The notes: a model not told the origin generated them from the sequence alone. A DNA stretch of 64,000 bases from Candidatus Margulisiibacteriota bacterium (GCA_034723395.1 JAYEOW010000029.1:64001-128000); one strand, 5' to 3'; positions 10,622 through 24,013 are shown, numbered from the stretch's first letter. Program-made: numbers and translations.

Positions 10622-12157
10622 ATGGCTGAAAAACGCGAAAAGTGGGGGACCAAGATCGGGGTGATCCTGGCGGTAGCTGGATCAGCCGTCGGTCTCGGAA
10701 ACTTTCTCCGCTTCCCGGTCCAGGCCGCCCAGAACGGTGGCGGCGCCTTCATGATCCCCTATTTCATCTCCTTTCTCCTTTTAGGTATTCCTCTGATGTG
10801 GATCGAATGGGCGATCGGACGGCACGGCGGTCTTTTTGGCCACGGAACTGCCCCTTTTATCTTCAATAAACTGGCCAAGAATAGAATTGTTAAATATCTT
10901 GGAACGATCGGGATCTTTGGCCCGATGGTAATTTTCATCTACTATACATATATTGAATCGTGGCTTCTTGGGTATGCATTTTTTGCGCTGACGGGAAAGC
11001 TCCTTTCGATGGCAACCAGTGATGGGATGAAAGAGTTCCTGACCGCTTATCAGGGATTATCTCCCCAAAGCAATATCTGGACCGCATATGTATTTTTTCT
11101 TGTAACTTTTGGCATAAATTTTTATATTATCCGGCAGGGAATTAAAAAAGGGATCGAAAGGCTGTGTAAAATTGCATTGCCTCTGCTGTTTATGTTTGCG
11201 ATCATTATTGCGGTAAGAGTATTAAGTTTGGGAGCTCCGGTCCCGGGGAATCCAAACTGGAATATCTTAAATGGGATCGGATTTCTCTGGAACGCGGATT
11301 TTTCCGCTTTGACCAACGCCAAAGTTTGGCTGGCTGCGGCTGGCCAGATATTCTTTACCCTTAGCGTCGGTATCGGGGCGATCTTAACTTACGCGAGTTA
11401 TCTGAGCCATGGGGATGATGTGGTCCTCTCCGGCCTAACTTCTGCTTCGATGAACGAATTTGCCGAAGTTATTCTGGGAGGATCGATCGTTATCCCCGCT
11501 GCTTTTGCCTTTTTTGGAATGGTTGGGGCGCAAGAGGTCGCGGCTGGCGGGGCGTTTAACCTTGGCTTTGTAACAATGCCGCTGATCTTCGGACAGATCC
11601 CGTTCGGCCAGGTATTTGCGGTCCTCTGGTTTACCCTTCTGTTTTTAGCGGGAATAACTTCTTCCGTATCGCTGATCGAGCCGGCAGTTGCTTTTGTTAA
11701 AGATGAGTTTAAGCTCGATCGCAAAGCTGCCGTCCGCTGGATAATGATCGTTACCTTTATTCTTTGCCAGTTCCCGGTCTTTTTCCTGGGGCAGGGGGTG
11801 GTGGATGAGATGGACTTTTGGGGAGGGACATTCTGCTTAGTCCTTTTTGCCACGATTGAAACGGTTCTTTTCGTTTGGGTATTTGGGATCGATAAGGCGT
11901 GGGAGGAGATCCATCACGGCTCTGAACTTACTATCCCAAAATTCTATAAATTTATCATGAAATATGTTACCCCGGCATTCTTATTCTTTATCCTCGGTTT
12001 CTGGTTTATCCAGCAGGGAATACCGACAATAATGATGGAAGGGGTGCCGGCGGCAAATGTCCCCTATGTCCTGGCAACCAGGCTGGGGTTGATCGGATTG
12101 TTTGCCGGGCTGGCGATCATGGTTAGGATCGCGTGGAAGAGGAGGCAACAAGTATGA
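10622..12157 (+). CDS. Sodium-dependent NSS/SNF-family transporter (LeuT-like)
   Basis: REKWG...AVAGSAVGLGNFLRFP, NGGGAFMIPY, AAAGQIFFTLSVG; about 12 TM segments. Confidence 0.93.
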   Translation: MAEKREKWGTKIGVILAVAGSAVGLGNFLRFPVQAAQNGGGAFMIPYFISFLLLGIPLMWIEWAIGRHGGLFGHGTAPFIFNKLAKNRIVKYLGTIGIFGPMVIFIYYTYIESWLLGYAFFALTGKLLSMATSDGMKEFLTAYQGLSPQSNIWTAYVFFLVTFGINFYIIRQGIKKGIERLCKIALPLLFMFAIIIAVRVLSLGAPVPGNPNWNILNGIGFLWNADFSALTNAKVWLAAAGQIFFTLSVGIGAILTYASYLSHGDDVVLSGLTSASMNEFAEVILGGSIVIPAAFAFFGMVGAQEVAAGGAFNLGFVTMPLIFGQIPFGQVFAVLWFTLLFLAGITSSVSLIEPAVAFVKDEFKLDRKAAVRWIMIVTFILCQFPVFFLGQGVVDEMDFWGGTFCLVLFATIETVLFVWVFGIDKAWEEIHHGSELTIPKFYKFIMKYVTPAFLFFILGFWFIQQGIPTIMMEGVPAANVPYVLATRLGLIGLFAGLAIMVRIAWKRRQQV

Positions 12158-12261
12158 ATGTTTTTGGCTGGATTTTTATTACTACCTCTTGGGTAATTAT
12201 TATTGCGCTTAATATCTTCTGTTTTTATCGTGTCTTTACCGAACCTGAAGAAGAGCTGTGA
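12154..12261 (+). CDS. 35-aa single-TM peptide, MetS-like NSS transporter small subunit
   Basis: ATGA overlap with the transporter stop; MNVFGWIFITTSWVIIIALNIFCFYRVFTEPEEEL; GTGA overlap with the next gene. Confidence 0.7.
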   Translation: MNVFGWIFITTSWVIIIALNIFCFYRVFTEPEEEL

Positions 12262-13064
12262 AGAAGTATCTTGCCTTTTTCCTGTTTTTGTTCTTTGTTT
12301 TATCAATTCCTTCATCCGCGAAGTTTAATTATTTCCCGGTATTGGAATATCACCTGATCAGCCGTCCAGAGGCGCGTTGGAGCCGGTCGCCGGACAACTT
12401 TCGCAAAGATCTCGAATGGCTACATCAAAACAATTACTATCCAATGAACGTAAAAGATATTCTGACCAACTTTAAAGGGTTGCCTAAAGGAAAAAAACCG
12501 GTAGTTCTCACTTTTGACGACTCATCTTCCAGCCAGTTTCGTTATCTAAAGGATGGATCGATCGATCCAAATTGTGCGGTCGGGATTATGAAGGCTTTTT
12601 GCGATAAACATCCGGGCGAATGGCCGATGCGGGCGACCTTTTTTGTGCTGATCGAGACCAACAATCCGGACCGTGATCTTTTTGGCCAGAAAAAATATGC
12701 AAAGAAGAAGTTAAAAGAATTAATCGAGTGGGGGATGGAGGTTGGTGGGCACTGTTATTCGCACGAGCGGTTGAGTGATATCAGCACAAAAGCGGCGAAG
12801 TATGCTTTGGCGCGTTCATCGTATTATTTGGAGAAGATAACCGGACAGAAAATTGTCAGCATGGCGACGCCGATGGGGCTTTATCCAGAGGACGATTCGA
12901 TTTTTTCGGGAAGATACCAAAAGATCAAATATGATTATAAACTGGTTTGTGAAGTAGCGGGCGGATTCCAGGTCGTTCCCTGGTCAAAGAAGTTCAATCC
13001 CCGGCATATTAATCGGATTCAAACGATTTCTTCGGAATGGAAGAAATGGTTTGAGCGGGACTAA
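12258..13064 (+). CDS. Exported polysaccharide deacetylase (NodB/CE4 family)
   Basis: Signal peptide, VLEYH, VVLTFDDS, ATFFV, GGHCYSH. Confidence 0.85.
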   Translation: MKKYLAFFLFLFFVLSIPSSAKFNYFPVLEYHLISRPEARWSRSPDNFRKDLEWLHQNNYYPMNVKDILTNFKGLPKGKKPVVLTFDDSSSSQFRYLKDGSIDPNCAVGIMKAFCDKHPGEWPMRATFFVLIETNNPDRDLFGQKKYAKKKLKELIEWGMEVGGHCYSHERLSDISTKAAKYALARSSYYLEKITGQKIVSMATPMGLYPEDDSIFSGRYQKIKYDYKLVCEVAGGFQVVPWSKKFNPRHINRIQTISSEWKKWFERD

Positions 13065-14020
13065 AACCGATACTGTGTTAAGGCCCTAGCCCCGCTTTTA
13101 TTAATGATTTTATGTTTTATTCCGAAGAGAAGGTCCCGACTGGCGGTTGCGGTCGAGATATCTTTGTGGAAAGCCAGGTAGTCTTTTCTGGAAAAAAGCT
13201 TCTTTTGAAAATGGTCCCTGACCGACCTTAACCTGGTTTTTGCCGTCTGGACCTGCGGCCTAATATTGACCAAGAGCTTGCTAACCGCCTGTAAAATAAC
13301 TTTTAACATAAACTCAATGAACCGGGTCGAGTTCCCGGCTTTATCCGCTTCCGCCAGGGATCTATAATATTCTTTTTGTTTTTCGCGGATGATTGATTCG
13401 ACCGGGATATATTCAAAAAGCGGGTGGTATTTGCGTAAAATAACGGTTTGCCAAAGGCGGCCCATTCGCCCGTTGCCATCTGAAAAAGGGTGGATAAATT
13501 CAAGTTCATAATGGAAAACGCTCGATTTTATCAGGGGATTTAAATTGTCTTTTCTTTTTAAGAAATTAAAAAGCTTGCCCATTAATTTTGGGACCAGTTG
13601 ATGCTTGGGGGCCATATGGGCAACTTTTGTCCCTTGAAAAATCCCGACGTTCCTGGAGCGCAGGAAACCCGCGTCTTCGGCCAGGCTGTTCAGTAGCGTT
13701 TGATGAGCTTTAAGTAAAGAATCAAGCCGATTAACCTTATAGCTATGGATTAAATCGTAGGCCATGATGGCATTTTTTACCTCGAGAATGTCTTTTTGTG
13801 GGCCGATCACCCGCTTGTGGTTTACCAGGTCTGTTACCTGTTGTTCGGTTAGCTGGTTTCCTTCAATTGCCAGTGATGAAAAAATTGTTTTTATCCGGTT
13901 TTTTTTGCGCAGCTGCGGTTGAGGGATCGGGCCCTTTAATCCTTCGAACCGGCCCAGGAGGCGGTTGATCTCCGCGCAGAGGTTTAGGCTTCCAGCGGTA
14001 ATTTTGAAAGGTGGATACAT
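13061..14020 (-). CDS. Fic family protein with C-terminal HTH
   Basis: HPFSDGNGRMGR catalytic motif; SSLAIEGN inhibitory motif; ISTATASRDL HTH-like segment. Confidence 0.92.
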   Translation of the reverse strand: MYPPFKITAGSLNLCAEINRLLGRFEGLKGPIPQPQLRKKNRIKTIFSSLAIEGNQLTEQQVTDLVNHKRVIGPQKDILEVKNAIMAYDLIHSYKVNRLDSLLKAHQTLLNSLAEDAGFLRSRNVGIFQGTKVAHMAPKHQLVPKLMGKLFNFLKRKDNLNPLIKSSVFHYELEFIHPFSDGNGRMGRLWQTVILRKYHPLFEYIPVESIIREKQKEYYRSLAEADKAGNSTRFIEFMLKVILQAVSKLLVNIRPQVQTAKTRLRSVRDHFQKKLFSRKDYLAFHKDISTATASRDLLFGIKHKIINKSGARALTQYRF

Positions 14021-14024
14021 TCCG

Positions 14025-14055
14025 TGATAGTATCATATGATACTATCATAGTCAA
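14025..14055 (-). promoter_or_regulatory. fic promoter overlapped by a perfect 24-bp palindromic operator
   Basis: TTGACT-N17-TACTAT ends 6 nt before the ATG; palindrome TGATAGTATCAT|ATGATACTATCA at 14025-14048. Confidence 0.7.
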
Positions 14056-14074
14056 GCGGTTCGATTGAAAAACA

Positions 14075-14149
14075 TGGTAGCCCCACGGGGAATCGAACCC
14101 CGGTTCTCAGCTTGAAAAGCTGGTGTCCTAACCCCTAGACGATGGGGCC
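14075..14149 (-). tRNA. tRNA-Glu(TTC)
   Basis: Reverse complement GGCCCCATCGTCTAGGGGTTAGGACACCAGCTTTTCAAGCTG...GTTCGATTCCCCGTGGGGCTACCA; CCA encoded. Confidence 0.95.
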
Positions 14150-14165
14150 ATGTCAGAACATCGGA

Positions 14166-14185
14166 CCTGCCTGCCGGCAGGCAGG
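14166..14185. repeat. CCTGCCTGCCGGCAGGCAGG REP-like palindrome
   Basis: Perfect 20-bp palindrome; partial copy at 43694-43709. Confidence 0.75.
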
Positions 14186-14281
14186 ATATCAGATTACCAG
14201 AATATCAGAGGGAATTCAAGTTTTCAAGATTTGCTTGCCATCTCTTTTCCAAATGTTATAATTCTACCCAAGGGAAAACTT

Positions 14282-15484
14282 GTGAATATTCGCTATATTA
14301 TATGCTCATTAATGGTTTTGTTTGTGATTGCCGGCTCATCCTTTTCTGCTACAACCTCTGTCGATCCTCTCCGGATTGGTGTCGGCGCCCGCTCGCTGGC
14401 TATGGGACGGACCAATCTAGTAGCCCCGGGCGATATTAACGCCATCTTTGTTAATCCTGCTAACGCCGCCTATATCGATGGATGGGGATTAACCAGCATG
14501 TACACCTCCCTGATGGATGGAGATATTAACTATACGTTAATGGGTGGGGGAAAGAAGTTTGATTTTGGCGGGATGGGGGTCGCTTACTTGAGCGGTGGAA
14601 CGACCGGGATCTCAGTTACAACCAGAGATGCGAATGGAAGGGTGGTTTCGGCCGGAACAAGCTTTGACTATGCAAATTCGGTGATCGCGTTAAGCTGGGG
14701 TAGGATGCTGCGCGAAAATATTGCCGGCGGCGCTGTCTTAAAATCATTTTCTAAAGGATTTACCGGTGGATATTCATCCGGATCTGGATTTGATCTCGAT
14801 CTTGGGATCCTTTTTAAACCGAGACCAAACCTAACTGCCGGGATCGCGATCCAAAATGTTCTTCCGACCGGTATTTCGTGGAATACGGGGACGAACGAAG
14901 ATGTCCCGATGCTAATTAAGGCAGGATTGACCAGCCGGATAAAAGAGAATATTTTGCTGGCTGCAGATGCAGACCTCTCACCTTTTGCTTTACATAGTGG
15001 GGTGGAGTGGCAATTAAACAGGATGTTTGTCCTGCGCGGCGGATTAGACCAGGTGCCGAGCGGATCTGAGAGCGCTTTAAATCTTGGCGTTGGCGTGGGA
15101 ATAGATTTCCGGCGCTTTAAGTTTGATTACGCTTACTACAAAGATAATACGCTGGATGCGAATTCAACCCATTATTTTACCTTGGGATTTGCCGCTCCAC
15201 AATTTGGGAAGAAAACGAAAAAAAACCTTGACTCCGCTCGGGGGAACCAAGCCCGGGGCAAAGAAGTGAAGAAAAAACTCCCTCCGCCGCCAATTAAAAA
15301 AGTTCCTGAGCCGACGCCGAAACCGCGAATTAAGTCGGTTAAAGAGAAAAAGATCGAGGCTTATATCGATCTTTTAGAAAATAAACTGAGAAGCGCAAAA
15401 AAACCCGCTCGCAGAGTAAAACTAAAATCAATGATCGACCAGCAGAAAGCCCGTCTTGAACAGGTTACTTCAAATACTCCCTAA
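14282..15484 (+). CDS. PorV/PorQ-like outer-membrane beta-barrel with Lys/Pro-rich C-terminal tail
   Basis: Signal peptide; [10 protein letters not shown]...[11 protein letters not shown] motif; amphipathic strands; FDYAY. GTG start placed downstream of TTGCCA-N16-TATAAT. Confidence 0.75.
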   Translation: MNIRYIICSLMVLFVIAGSSFSATTSVDPLRIGVGARSLAMGRTNLVAPGDINAIFVNPANAAYIDGWGLTSMYTSLMDGDINYTLMGGGKKFDFGGMGVAYLSGGTTGISVTTRDANGRVVSAGTSFDYANSVIALSWGRMLRENIAGGAVLKSFSKGFTGGYSSGSGFDLDLGILFKPRPNLTAGIAIQNVLPTGISWNTGTNEDVPMLIKAGLTSRIKENILLAADADLSPFALHSGVEWQLNRMFVLRGGLDQVPSGSESALNLGVGVGIDFRRFKFDYAYYKDNTLDANSTHYFTLGFAAPQFGKKTKKNLDSARGNQARGKEVKKKLPPPPIKKVPEPTPKPRIKSVKEKKIEAYIDLLENKLRSAKKPARRVKLKSMIDQQKARLEQVTSNTP

Positions 15485-16520
15485 GTTTTCGGGCCCGGGT
15501 CGGATGTTTTAATTTCCGCAGCGCTTTGGCTTCGATCTGGCGGATTCGTTCACGTGTAACATTGAATACCCGCCCTACCTCTTCTAACGTCCGCGGATGG
15601 CCGTCGTCCAGGCCAAAACGAAGTTTAAGTACGATCTTTTCGCGCTCAGTAAGGGTGTTCATTACATTTTCAAGATCATCACGCAAAAGCCCTTGCATTA
15701 CGATATCGTCCGGAGCTTGCACGCTCCCATCCTCAACAAAATCGCCCAGACGCGAACTCTCTTCGTCGCCGATCGGCATTTCCAGCGATAGGGGGACCTG
15801 GGAGATCTTGATGATCTCGCGCACCTTTTCTACCGTGATATGTGCTTTCTTGGCAATCTCTTTTTCGGTCGGTTTACGGCCCAATTTTTGCAGCAGCTGG
15901 CGCGAAGTCTTGCGCAGCCGGTTGATGGTCTCGACCATGTGTACCGGGATACGGATCGTGCGCGCCTGGTCGGCAATCGCTCGGGTGATCGCCTGGCGGA
16001 TCCACCAGGTCGCGTAAGTTGAGAACTTGTACCCTTTGCGGTAATCGAATTTCTCAACCGCACGGATCAGGCCAAGATTTCCTTCTTGGACCAGATCGAG
16101 GAAGAGCATTCCGCGGCCGGTATACTTTTTGGCGATCGAGACCACCAATCGCAAATTGGAGTTAACCAGCTTATGTTTGGCGCGGATCTCCATCGCTTTG
16201 ATCTTTTTGGCCAGAACGACCTCTTCTTCTGAGGTTAGAAGCGGGAATTTGCCGATTTCGCGCAGGTACATGCGGACGGTATCATCCACGCCGACCCCTT
16301 TAAGGGCGGCAAGCTCCTTTTTTATCGGTTCGTCTTCTTTATTGTGTTTTACTATCTCCTTTTTTTCGGAGATTTCGATCCCTTTCCCGATCAGTTGCTC
16401 GATCTGGCCGAGATTTTTCTCCGGCTCGGGGATAATCGAAAGGATCTCCTCAGGAGTTAGATAACCCTTGCGGGCTGCGGTTGCTTTTAAGAATTCAAAT
16501 CCATTTCGTTTTGCAATCAT
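15465..16520 (-). CDS. rpoD: RNA polymerase primary sigma factor
   Basis: [71 protein letters not shown]. Confidence 0.97.
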   Translation of the reverse strand: MIAKRNGFEFLKATAARKGYLTPEEILSIIPEPEKNLGQIEQLIGKGIEISEKKEIVKHNKEDEPIKKELAALKGVGVDDTVRMYLREIGKFPLLTSEEEVVLAKKIKAMEIRAKHKLVNSNLRLVVSIAKKYTGRGMLFLDLVQEGNLGLIRAVEKFDYRKGYKFSTYATWWIRQAITRAIADQARTIRIPVHMVETINRLRKTSRQLLQKLGRKPTEKEIAKKAHITVEKVREIIKISQVPLSLEMPIGDEESSRLGDFVEDGSVQAPDDIVMQGLLRDDLENVMNTLTEREKIVLKLRFGLDDGHPRTLEEVGRVFNVTRERIRQIEAKALRKLKHPTRARKLREYLK

Positions 16521-16537
16521 TACATTCCTCCAAATTA

Positions 16538-16565
16538 TTATCGGACATTACTTTGGGCGATTTCA
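16538..16565 (-). promoter_or_regulatory. Sigma-28-like promoter upstream of rpoD, inside the dnaG 3' end
   Basis: TGAAA-tcgcccaaagtaatg-TCCGATAA, then taatttGGAGG RBS. Confidence 0.65.
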
Positions 16566-18289
16566 CTTTTTAGGGCAGAAAGTAATTGTGAGACTTTTTG
16601 GGTCTCACCTTTTTTTTCTGCCTCCCGGATCTCTGTTTTTAAGATCTCTATTTTGTTTTTTTGCCGCACCCCTTTTATTACGTTTATGCAGTCTTCCATG
16701 ATCTGTTTGTCGTCGCTGCTATGGACCAATCGATCGCTCATTAATATTCCGGATAAGAACTTCCTGGTCCCTTCTTCCGGCAAGTTGTCCAGGATAAAAT
16801 GGGCCGGATTATTGTTTTCTGCTTCCGCAGAAAACATAAGTTCGGCGATCTTTTTTATGTCCGGGATAGAGAAATCGTCCACTTTTAGATGGTCTCTTAA
16901 TGTTTTTAACGATCCAGCATTTTGGGCGGCAATGGCAATGATCGTTTTTTCCGCTTCGTGGACCTTTGAGGCCGGCTTCTCGGTTTTTCTATGCAGCAAC
17001 CCTCTTCCCATCCTTTTATATTGTTTAGATCGCTTGGTTTCAGATAAGATCGTGTCCGTGCTTGTTTTGAGAACAGGAGCGATCAGTTTTGCATACTCTT
17101 TCTGGACAAAGGGATCTTTCTCGGTATTCAGCAAGGCGGAGACTTCTTGGAGTGCCTTTCCTCTCCCTTCGATCTCTTTAAGATTGTGGCGTAACAAGGT
17201 TCGATTGATTTTAAATTCAAGATAGGGGAGGGAAGAATTTAAGCATTGGTCAAATCCTTCCCTTCCCAACTTATTGATTATTTCATCGGGATCTTTTCCG
17301 CCCGAAAGTTTTGCAACCTTTACCTTTAATCCCTGGCCCCTGAGCAGTTCAATCGAACGCTCGGCCGCGATCCCGCCGGCCGCATCGGCGTCGAATCCCA
17401 GTATTACTGTATCGCAGTAGCGCGACAATAACTTGCACTGGTTAACGGTCAATGCTGTCCCCAAGGTGGCGACGATATTCGTGATCCCTGCTTGGAACGG
17501 GGTGATCAGATCAAAGTACCCTTCGACCATCACTGCGGTTTTGCTCTTCTTAATACTATCTTTCGAAAGATCCAAACCAAAAAGAGTTTCTCCTTTGTGA
17601 TAGATCAAGGTGTCGGAGGAATTCATGTACTTGGGCTCTTCATCCCCGAGCGATCTCCCGCCAAAAGCCAAGACCCTTCCGCGCTGGTCGCAGATGGTAA
17701 AGATCAAGCGGTTGCGGAAACGGTCGTAATAACCGCTTTTCCCTTCCCGGGCGAGGATCAAACCGCTCTTTTCGATCAGTTGGGGATCGACTCCGCGCGA
17801 TACCAGATGTTTGAAAAGATTATCCCAGCCGGGCAGGGCAAAACCCAAGCGGAAGGCTTCTTTTGTTTTATCGGTTATCTTTCTCTTCTTTAAATATGCC
17901 AGGGCCTCATCATTTAGATTACTTTGAAAATAATCGGCGGCGAGCTTCATGACCTGATAGAGCTTGTCTTTTTCGCCGCGCGAACGGCCTGCGGTCTTTG
18001 GCTTTGGAACATCTATCCCAACTTTTATCCCAAGTTCTTCAACTGCTTCGACAAAGCTGATATTTTCGATCTTCATTAAGAAGGCAAACGCGTTGCCCCC
18101 CTCGTTGCAGCCGAAACAATGGAAGATCTGTTTCTCAGGGGATACTGTAAACGAGGCATCCTTTTCCGCGTGAAAAGGGCAGAGACCGAGGTAGTTCTTC
18201 CCCCGCTTTTTTAACTGGACAAATTCGGATATCACTTTTACGATATCCGATTTATTTCTTATCTCTTCAATTATATGAGCTGGAATCAT
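16538..18289 (-). CDS. dnaG: DNA primase
   Basis: CPFH...FHCFGC zinc finger, [29 protein letters not shown] motifs. Confidence 0.97.
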   Translation of the reverse strand: MIPAHIIEEIRNKSDIVKVISEFVQLKKRGKNYLGLCPFHAEKDASFTVSPEKQIFHCFGCNEGGNAFAFLMKIENISFVEAVEELGIKVGIDVPKPKTAGRSRGEKDKLYQVMKLAADYFQSNLNDEALAYLKKRKITDKTKEAFRLGFALPGWDNLFKHLVSRGVDPQLIEKSGLILAREGKSGYYDRFRNRLIFTICDQRGRVLAFGGRSLGDEEPKYMNSSDTLIYHKGETLFGLDLSKDSIKKSKTAVMVEGYFDLITPFQAGITNIVATLGTALTVNQCKLLSRYCDTVILGFDADAAGGIAAERSIELLRGQGLKVKVAKLSGGKDPDEIINKLGREGFDQCLNSSLPYLEFKINRTLLRHNLKEIEGRGKALQEVSALLNTEKDPFVQKEYAKLIAPVLKTSTDTILSETKRSKQYKRMGRGLLHRKTEKPASKVHEAEKTIIAIAAQNAGSLKTLRDHLKVDDFSIPDIKKIAELMFSAEAENNNPAHFILDNLPEEGTRKFLSGILMSDRLVHSSDDKQIMEDCINVIKGVRQKNKIEILKTEIREAEKKGETQKVSQLLSALKSEIAQSNVR

Positions 18290-18292
18290 AGA

Positions 18293-19290
18293 TTAGTTTT
18301 CGGTTCTCCATTCAACAGGGACGAACAGCTCGGAGAATTTGTTAATGGCATAGCGGTCGGTCATTCCGGCGATAAAATCTATCGTGTGTTGGAGTTGGCG
18401 GTCTTCACCTCGGATCCCCTTTTGGAAATATTTATCATAGTGATAGTGCCTAAAAAGATGGCGCATCAGGATCGGGACCTTGGATTCTTCTCTTTTAGCG
18501 ACCGGATTGGTATAAACGTTCTTATACATAAAATCATAAAGTCCATCCATTGCGTTTTGTACGTTTCTGCTCATTTTTATTTTATTTTTTTCAAGCGAGT
18601 GTTTGATAATATCCGGTACGATAGAATCTAAAATATTTTCACCTAAAACCTTCATGTGTTTTCGCGGGAGATCTTTTTTGGCCAAAACTCCCGCGGTGAT
18701 CGCGTCTTCAATATCGTGCCTCAGATATGCGATCCGGTCGGCCAGCCGAACAATGCATCCTTCAAGCGTTTTCGGCCAGGGATCGTTGGGGGTGTGATTT
18801 CTGATCCCATCGATTACCTCACAGGTTAAGTTGAGCCCTTTACCATGTTTTTCTAACACTTCAACCACCCGAGCGCTTTGTTCGTTATGAAAAAAGCGCT
18901 TCCCGTAATTTTCGCGCAATATATCGTCGAGAGCAAATTCCCCGGCGTGCCCAAACGGGGTGTGTCCAAGGTCGTGTCCCAGGGCGATCGCTTCGGCCAA
19001 GTCTTCGTTCAGTGCCAGGGCGCGGGCGATCGTGCGTGCGATCTGGGCAACCTCGATCGTATGGGTAAGCCGTGTCCTAAAGTGATCCTCGGCGGGAGAG
19101 ATGAATACCTGAGTTTTATGTTTGAGCCTCCGGAATGATTTACAATGAAGGATCTTATCCCGATCGCGCTGGTAGGCGGTCCGGATATCGCACTCTTTTT
19201 CCGGCCGCTTCCTCCCTTTACTTTGGGATGAGAGGGCCGCATAGCGCGAGAGCTCTTTTTTCTCTCGCGCTTCTAACTCTTTGCGGATTA

Positions 19291-19294
<4 letters not shown>
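18293..19294 (-). CDS. dgt: Deoxyguanosinetriphosphate triphosphohydrolase-like HD protein
   Basis: [45 protein letters not shown]. Confidence 0.92.
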
Positions 19295-21993
<2,699 letters not shown>

Positions 21994-22021
21994 TTTTCCT
22001 TACCTTCCTTTCTTTTTATTG

Positions 22022-22093
22022 TGGAGCTGAGGGGATTTGAACCCCTGACCTCTTGACTGCCAGTCAAGCGTTCTCCCGCTGAACTACAGCCCC
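22022..22093 (-). tRNA. tRNA-Ala(GGC)
   Basis: Reverse complement GGGGCTGTAGTTCAGCGGGAGAACGCTTGACTGGCAGTCAAGAGG...CTCAGCTCCA. Confidence 0.93.
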
Positions 22094-22103
22094 ACGGTTT
22101 TGT

Positions 22104-22445
22104 CTAATAGTGATAAATGATCGCTTCTTTTTCCCAAAGTTCTTCTAAATTGTAATATTCGCGCTCTTCTTTGCCCATTACATGGACAACGATATTGCCT
22201 AAGTCGAGGATTATCCAGCCTGATTTGACCAATCCTTCCCACCGGAAACCTCTAATTTTATTCGATCTGAGCTGTTTGTCAATCTCTTTCTCGATTGCCC
22301 TGATTTGCACGCTCGAATCACCGCTGCAGATGATCAGGTAATCCAGAATGTTCGAAACCTTACGAACGTCCAGGATCTTAAGGTTGTTGGCCTTTTTACC
22401 TTCGGCTGCTTTGGCAATTATTTCGATAACCGTCTCTCTTTTCAC
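22104..22445 (-). CDS. rsfS: Ribosome silencing factor
   Basis: KKANNLKILD, DYLIICSG, WIILDLGNIVVHVM, REYYNLEELW. Confidence 0.93.
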   Translation of the reverse strand: MKRETVIEIIAKAAEGKKANNLKILDVRKVSNILDYLIICSGDSSVQIRAIEKEIDKQLRSNKIRGFRWEGLVKSGWIILDLGNIVVHVMGKEEREYYNLEELWEKEAIIYHY

Positions 22446-23314
22446 GTTTTTGAACCTGCCTTAAAGATTTCGGTCATATTTTTAATCTTATTTAAGTTTG
22501 GTTTTAGATAATAAATCCCATCTACCATCATGTCCGATCCGGGGAGGGTTTTCATTGATATATTTCCGAGCTCTACCGCATCCCTGACTCCCAGACCAAG
22601 TCCGAGAGACTGTCTCGAATTCAGATTAGTATGGAGATAGGAGAGTAGGGTCAAAAACAACTTGGGCGAGCGGAGGATATTGTCCCTTTTTAACATCTCT
22701 TTCGCCATTGACCGTAAGAAATGCTGTTGGCGCCCGATGCGTTTGAAATCCCCCCCATCTTTACGATATCTAAGATAGCCCATAACCTGTTTGCCGGATA
22801 ATCTCTGCTGTCCCGGTTTCAAATCAATGTATAATCCGCCGGCATAATCGACGTAATACATCCGCTTCTCAACATTAACCGGGACTCCGCCCAGGTCGTC
22901 GATAATATTGACGATCCCGGCTAGATCGACCACAATGTGGTAGGGGATTTTGATTTCCAATAGGTTCTCGACAGTTTTTTTAGAGAGCTCTACTCCGCCG
23001 TAGGCATAAGCATGGTTTATTTTATCTAACCCCCGCCCCGGCAGGACGGCAAGCGTATCTCTAGGGATCGAGATCAGGGTCGCTCTTTTGGCTGCCGGAT
23101 CGGAATTTAATACCATGATCGTATCGGAACGGTGTCCATAGGCGCTGTCAACTCCGAGGACTAAAATGTTCGCTTTGGAAAAAGATTGATTTGAGGGGGC
23201 AAGGCTCAAAAAAAGCTCGAACAGGGCCAGTTTTGAGGCGATCGCCATAGTAAAACCGATAACTATTGAGAAGACGATGGTAATTGACAAGCTTATTATT
23301 ACAAATTTCTTCAT
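22442..23314 (-). CDS. LytR-CpsA-Psr (LCP) family protein
   Basis: NILVLGVD, RSDTIM, SIPRDT, KINHAY, RIGRQQ. Confidence 0.92.
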   Translation of the reverse strand: MKKFVIISLSITIVFSIVIGFTMAIASKLALFELFLSLAPSNQSFSKANILVLGVDSAYGHRSDTIMVLNSDPAAKRATLISIPRDTLAVLPGRGLDKINHAYAYGGVELSKKTVENLLEIKIPYHIVVDLAGIVNIIDDLGGVPVNVEKRMYYVDYAGGLYIDLKPGQQRLSGKQVMGYLRYRKDGGDFKRIGRQQHFLRSMAKEMLKRDNILRSPKLFLTLLSYLHTNLNSRQSLGLGLGVRDAVELGNISMKTLPGSDMMVDGIYYLKPNLNKIKNMTEIFKAGSKT

Positions 23315-23874
23315 GTTTTTAGTAAATAATGGTTTCGGGTCTCAACCGTGCCGGGATGGAACGGAAGCCCTTTTTTTAATAAAAAGCTGAGCATTTGTGT
23401 TGATGTCTCAACTACCGCCCGATCAAGGTCTTTAAAGGCCAAGCGCCTGCTTTTATTAACGCCGGGAAGGTTTCGTCCTTCTTCGATGTGGTCGGCGAGG
23501 TAGATGATCTTCTCAATTTTGCTCATCCCCGGAGCGCCGATCGTGTGCCTCCTTATCGCATCAAGGATATCTCTTGACCTTACCCCAAAATCTTTTTTTG
23601 CCAAACGCGCGCTCAGTTCGGCGTGCAGGAGCTTTGGCTCGAATCGGCTGATCGGGTCGATCTTCATTTTAAACCGGCGTGCTTCCTTTAACATTCCGCT
23701 TCTTGAAAATTTTCGGGCGTAATCGTGTAAAAGGGCGGCCAAACTAGCTTTTTGGATGGAGACTTTATGGCGTTTAGCAAGTGCAACGGCAGTTTTTTCT
23801 ACCCTTAAACTATGTTCAAATCTATCCCGCGCAAGCGCTTCCCTTAGTTTGTTAATTATTTCTGGTTTTTTCAC
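23311..23874 (-). CDS. yqeK: YqeK-like HD hydrolase (Ap4A hydrolase)
   Basis: RFEHSLRV, ALLHDYA, RHTIG, IIYLADHIE; yqeK-LCP-rsfS synteny. Confidence 0.88.
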   Translation of the reverse strand: MKKPEIINKLREALARDRFEHSLRVEKTAVALAKRHKVSIQKASLAALLHDYARKFSRSGMLKEARRFKMKIDPISRFEPKLLHAELSARLAKKDFGVRSRDILDAIRRHTIGAPGMSKIEKIIYLADHIEEGRNLPGVNKSRRLAFKDLDRAVVETSTQMLSFLLKKGLPFHPGTVETRNHYLLKT

Positions 23875-23943
23875 AAAAAATAAACCAAGACTAGCGCCCT
23901 GGCAAGGTTGATATTATAACAGCTTTAAAGATTATCTGTCAAT

Positions 23944-24013
23944 CCCTCACCCCCTTTTTCCCCCTAGAGGGATGTTGAAGAAACGTAATCATTATGTAAT
24001 AATTGGGTGAGGG
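23944..24013. repeat. CCCTCACCC...GGGTGAGGG palindromic element (degenerate)
   Basis: 9-bp terminal inverted repeats; the right arm lies 4 nt before the ATG at 24018. Confidence 0.65.

Noticed and set aside
13061..14149. Prophage or integrative element at tRNA-Glu
   Set aside because: No integrase, phage genes or duplicated tRNA end found; only a lone fic gene.
14150..14281. N-terminal extension of the PorV-like ORF in the ORF track
   Set aside because: Runs through a REP palindrome and the promoter; the signal peptide begins near the GTG at 14282.
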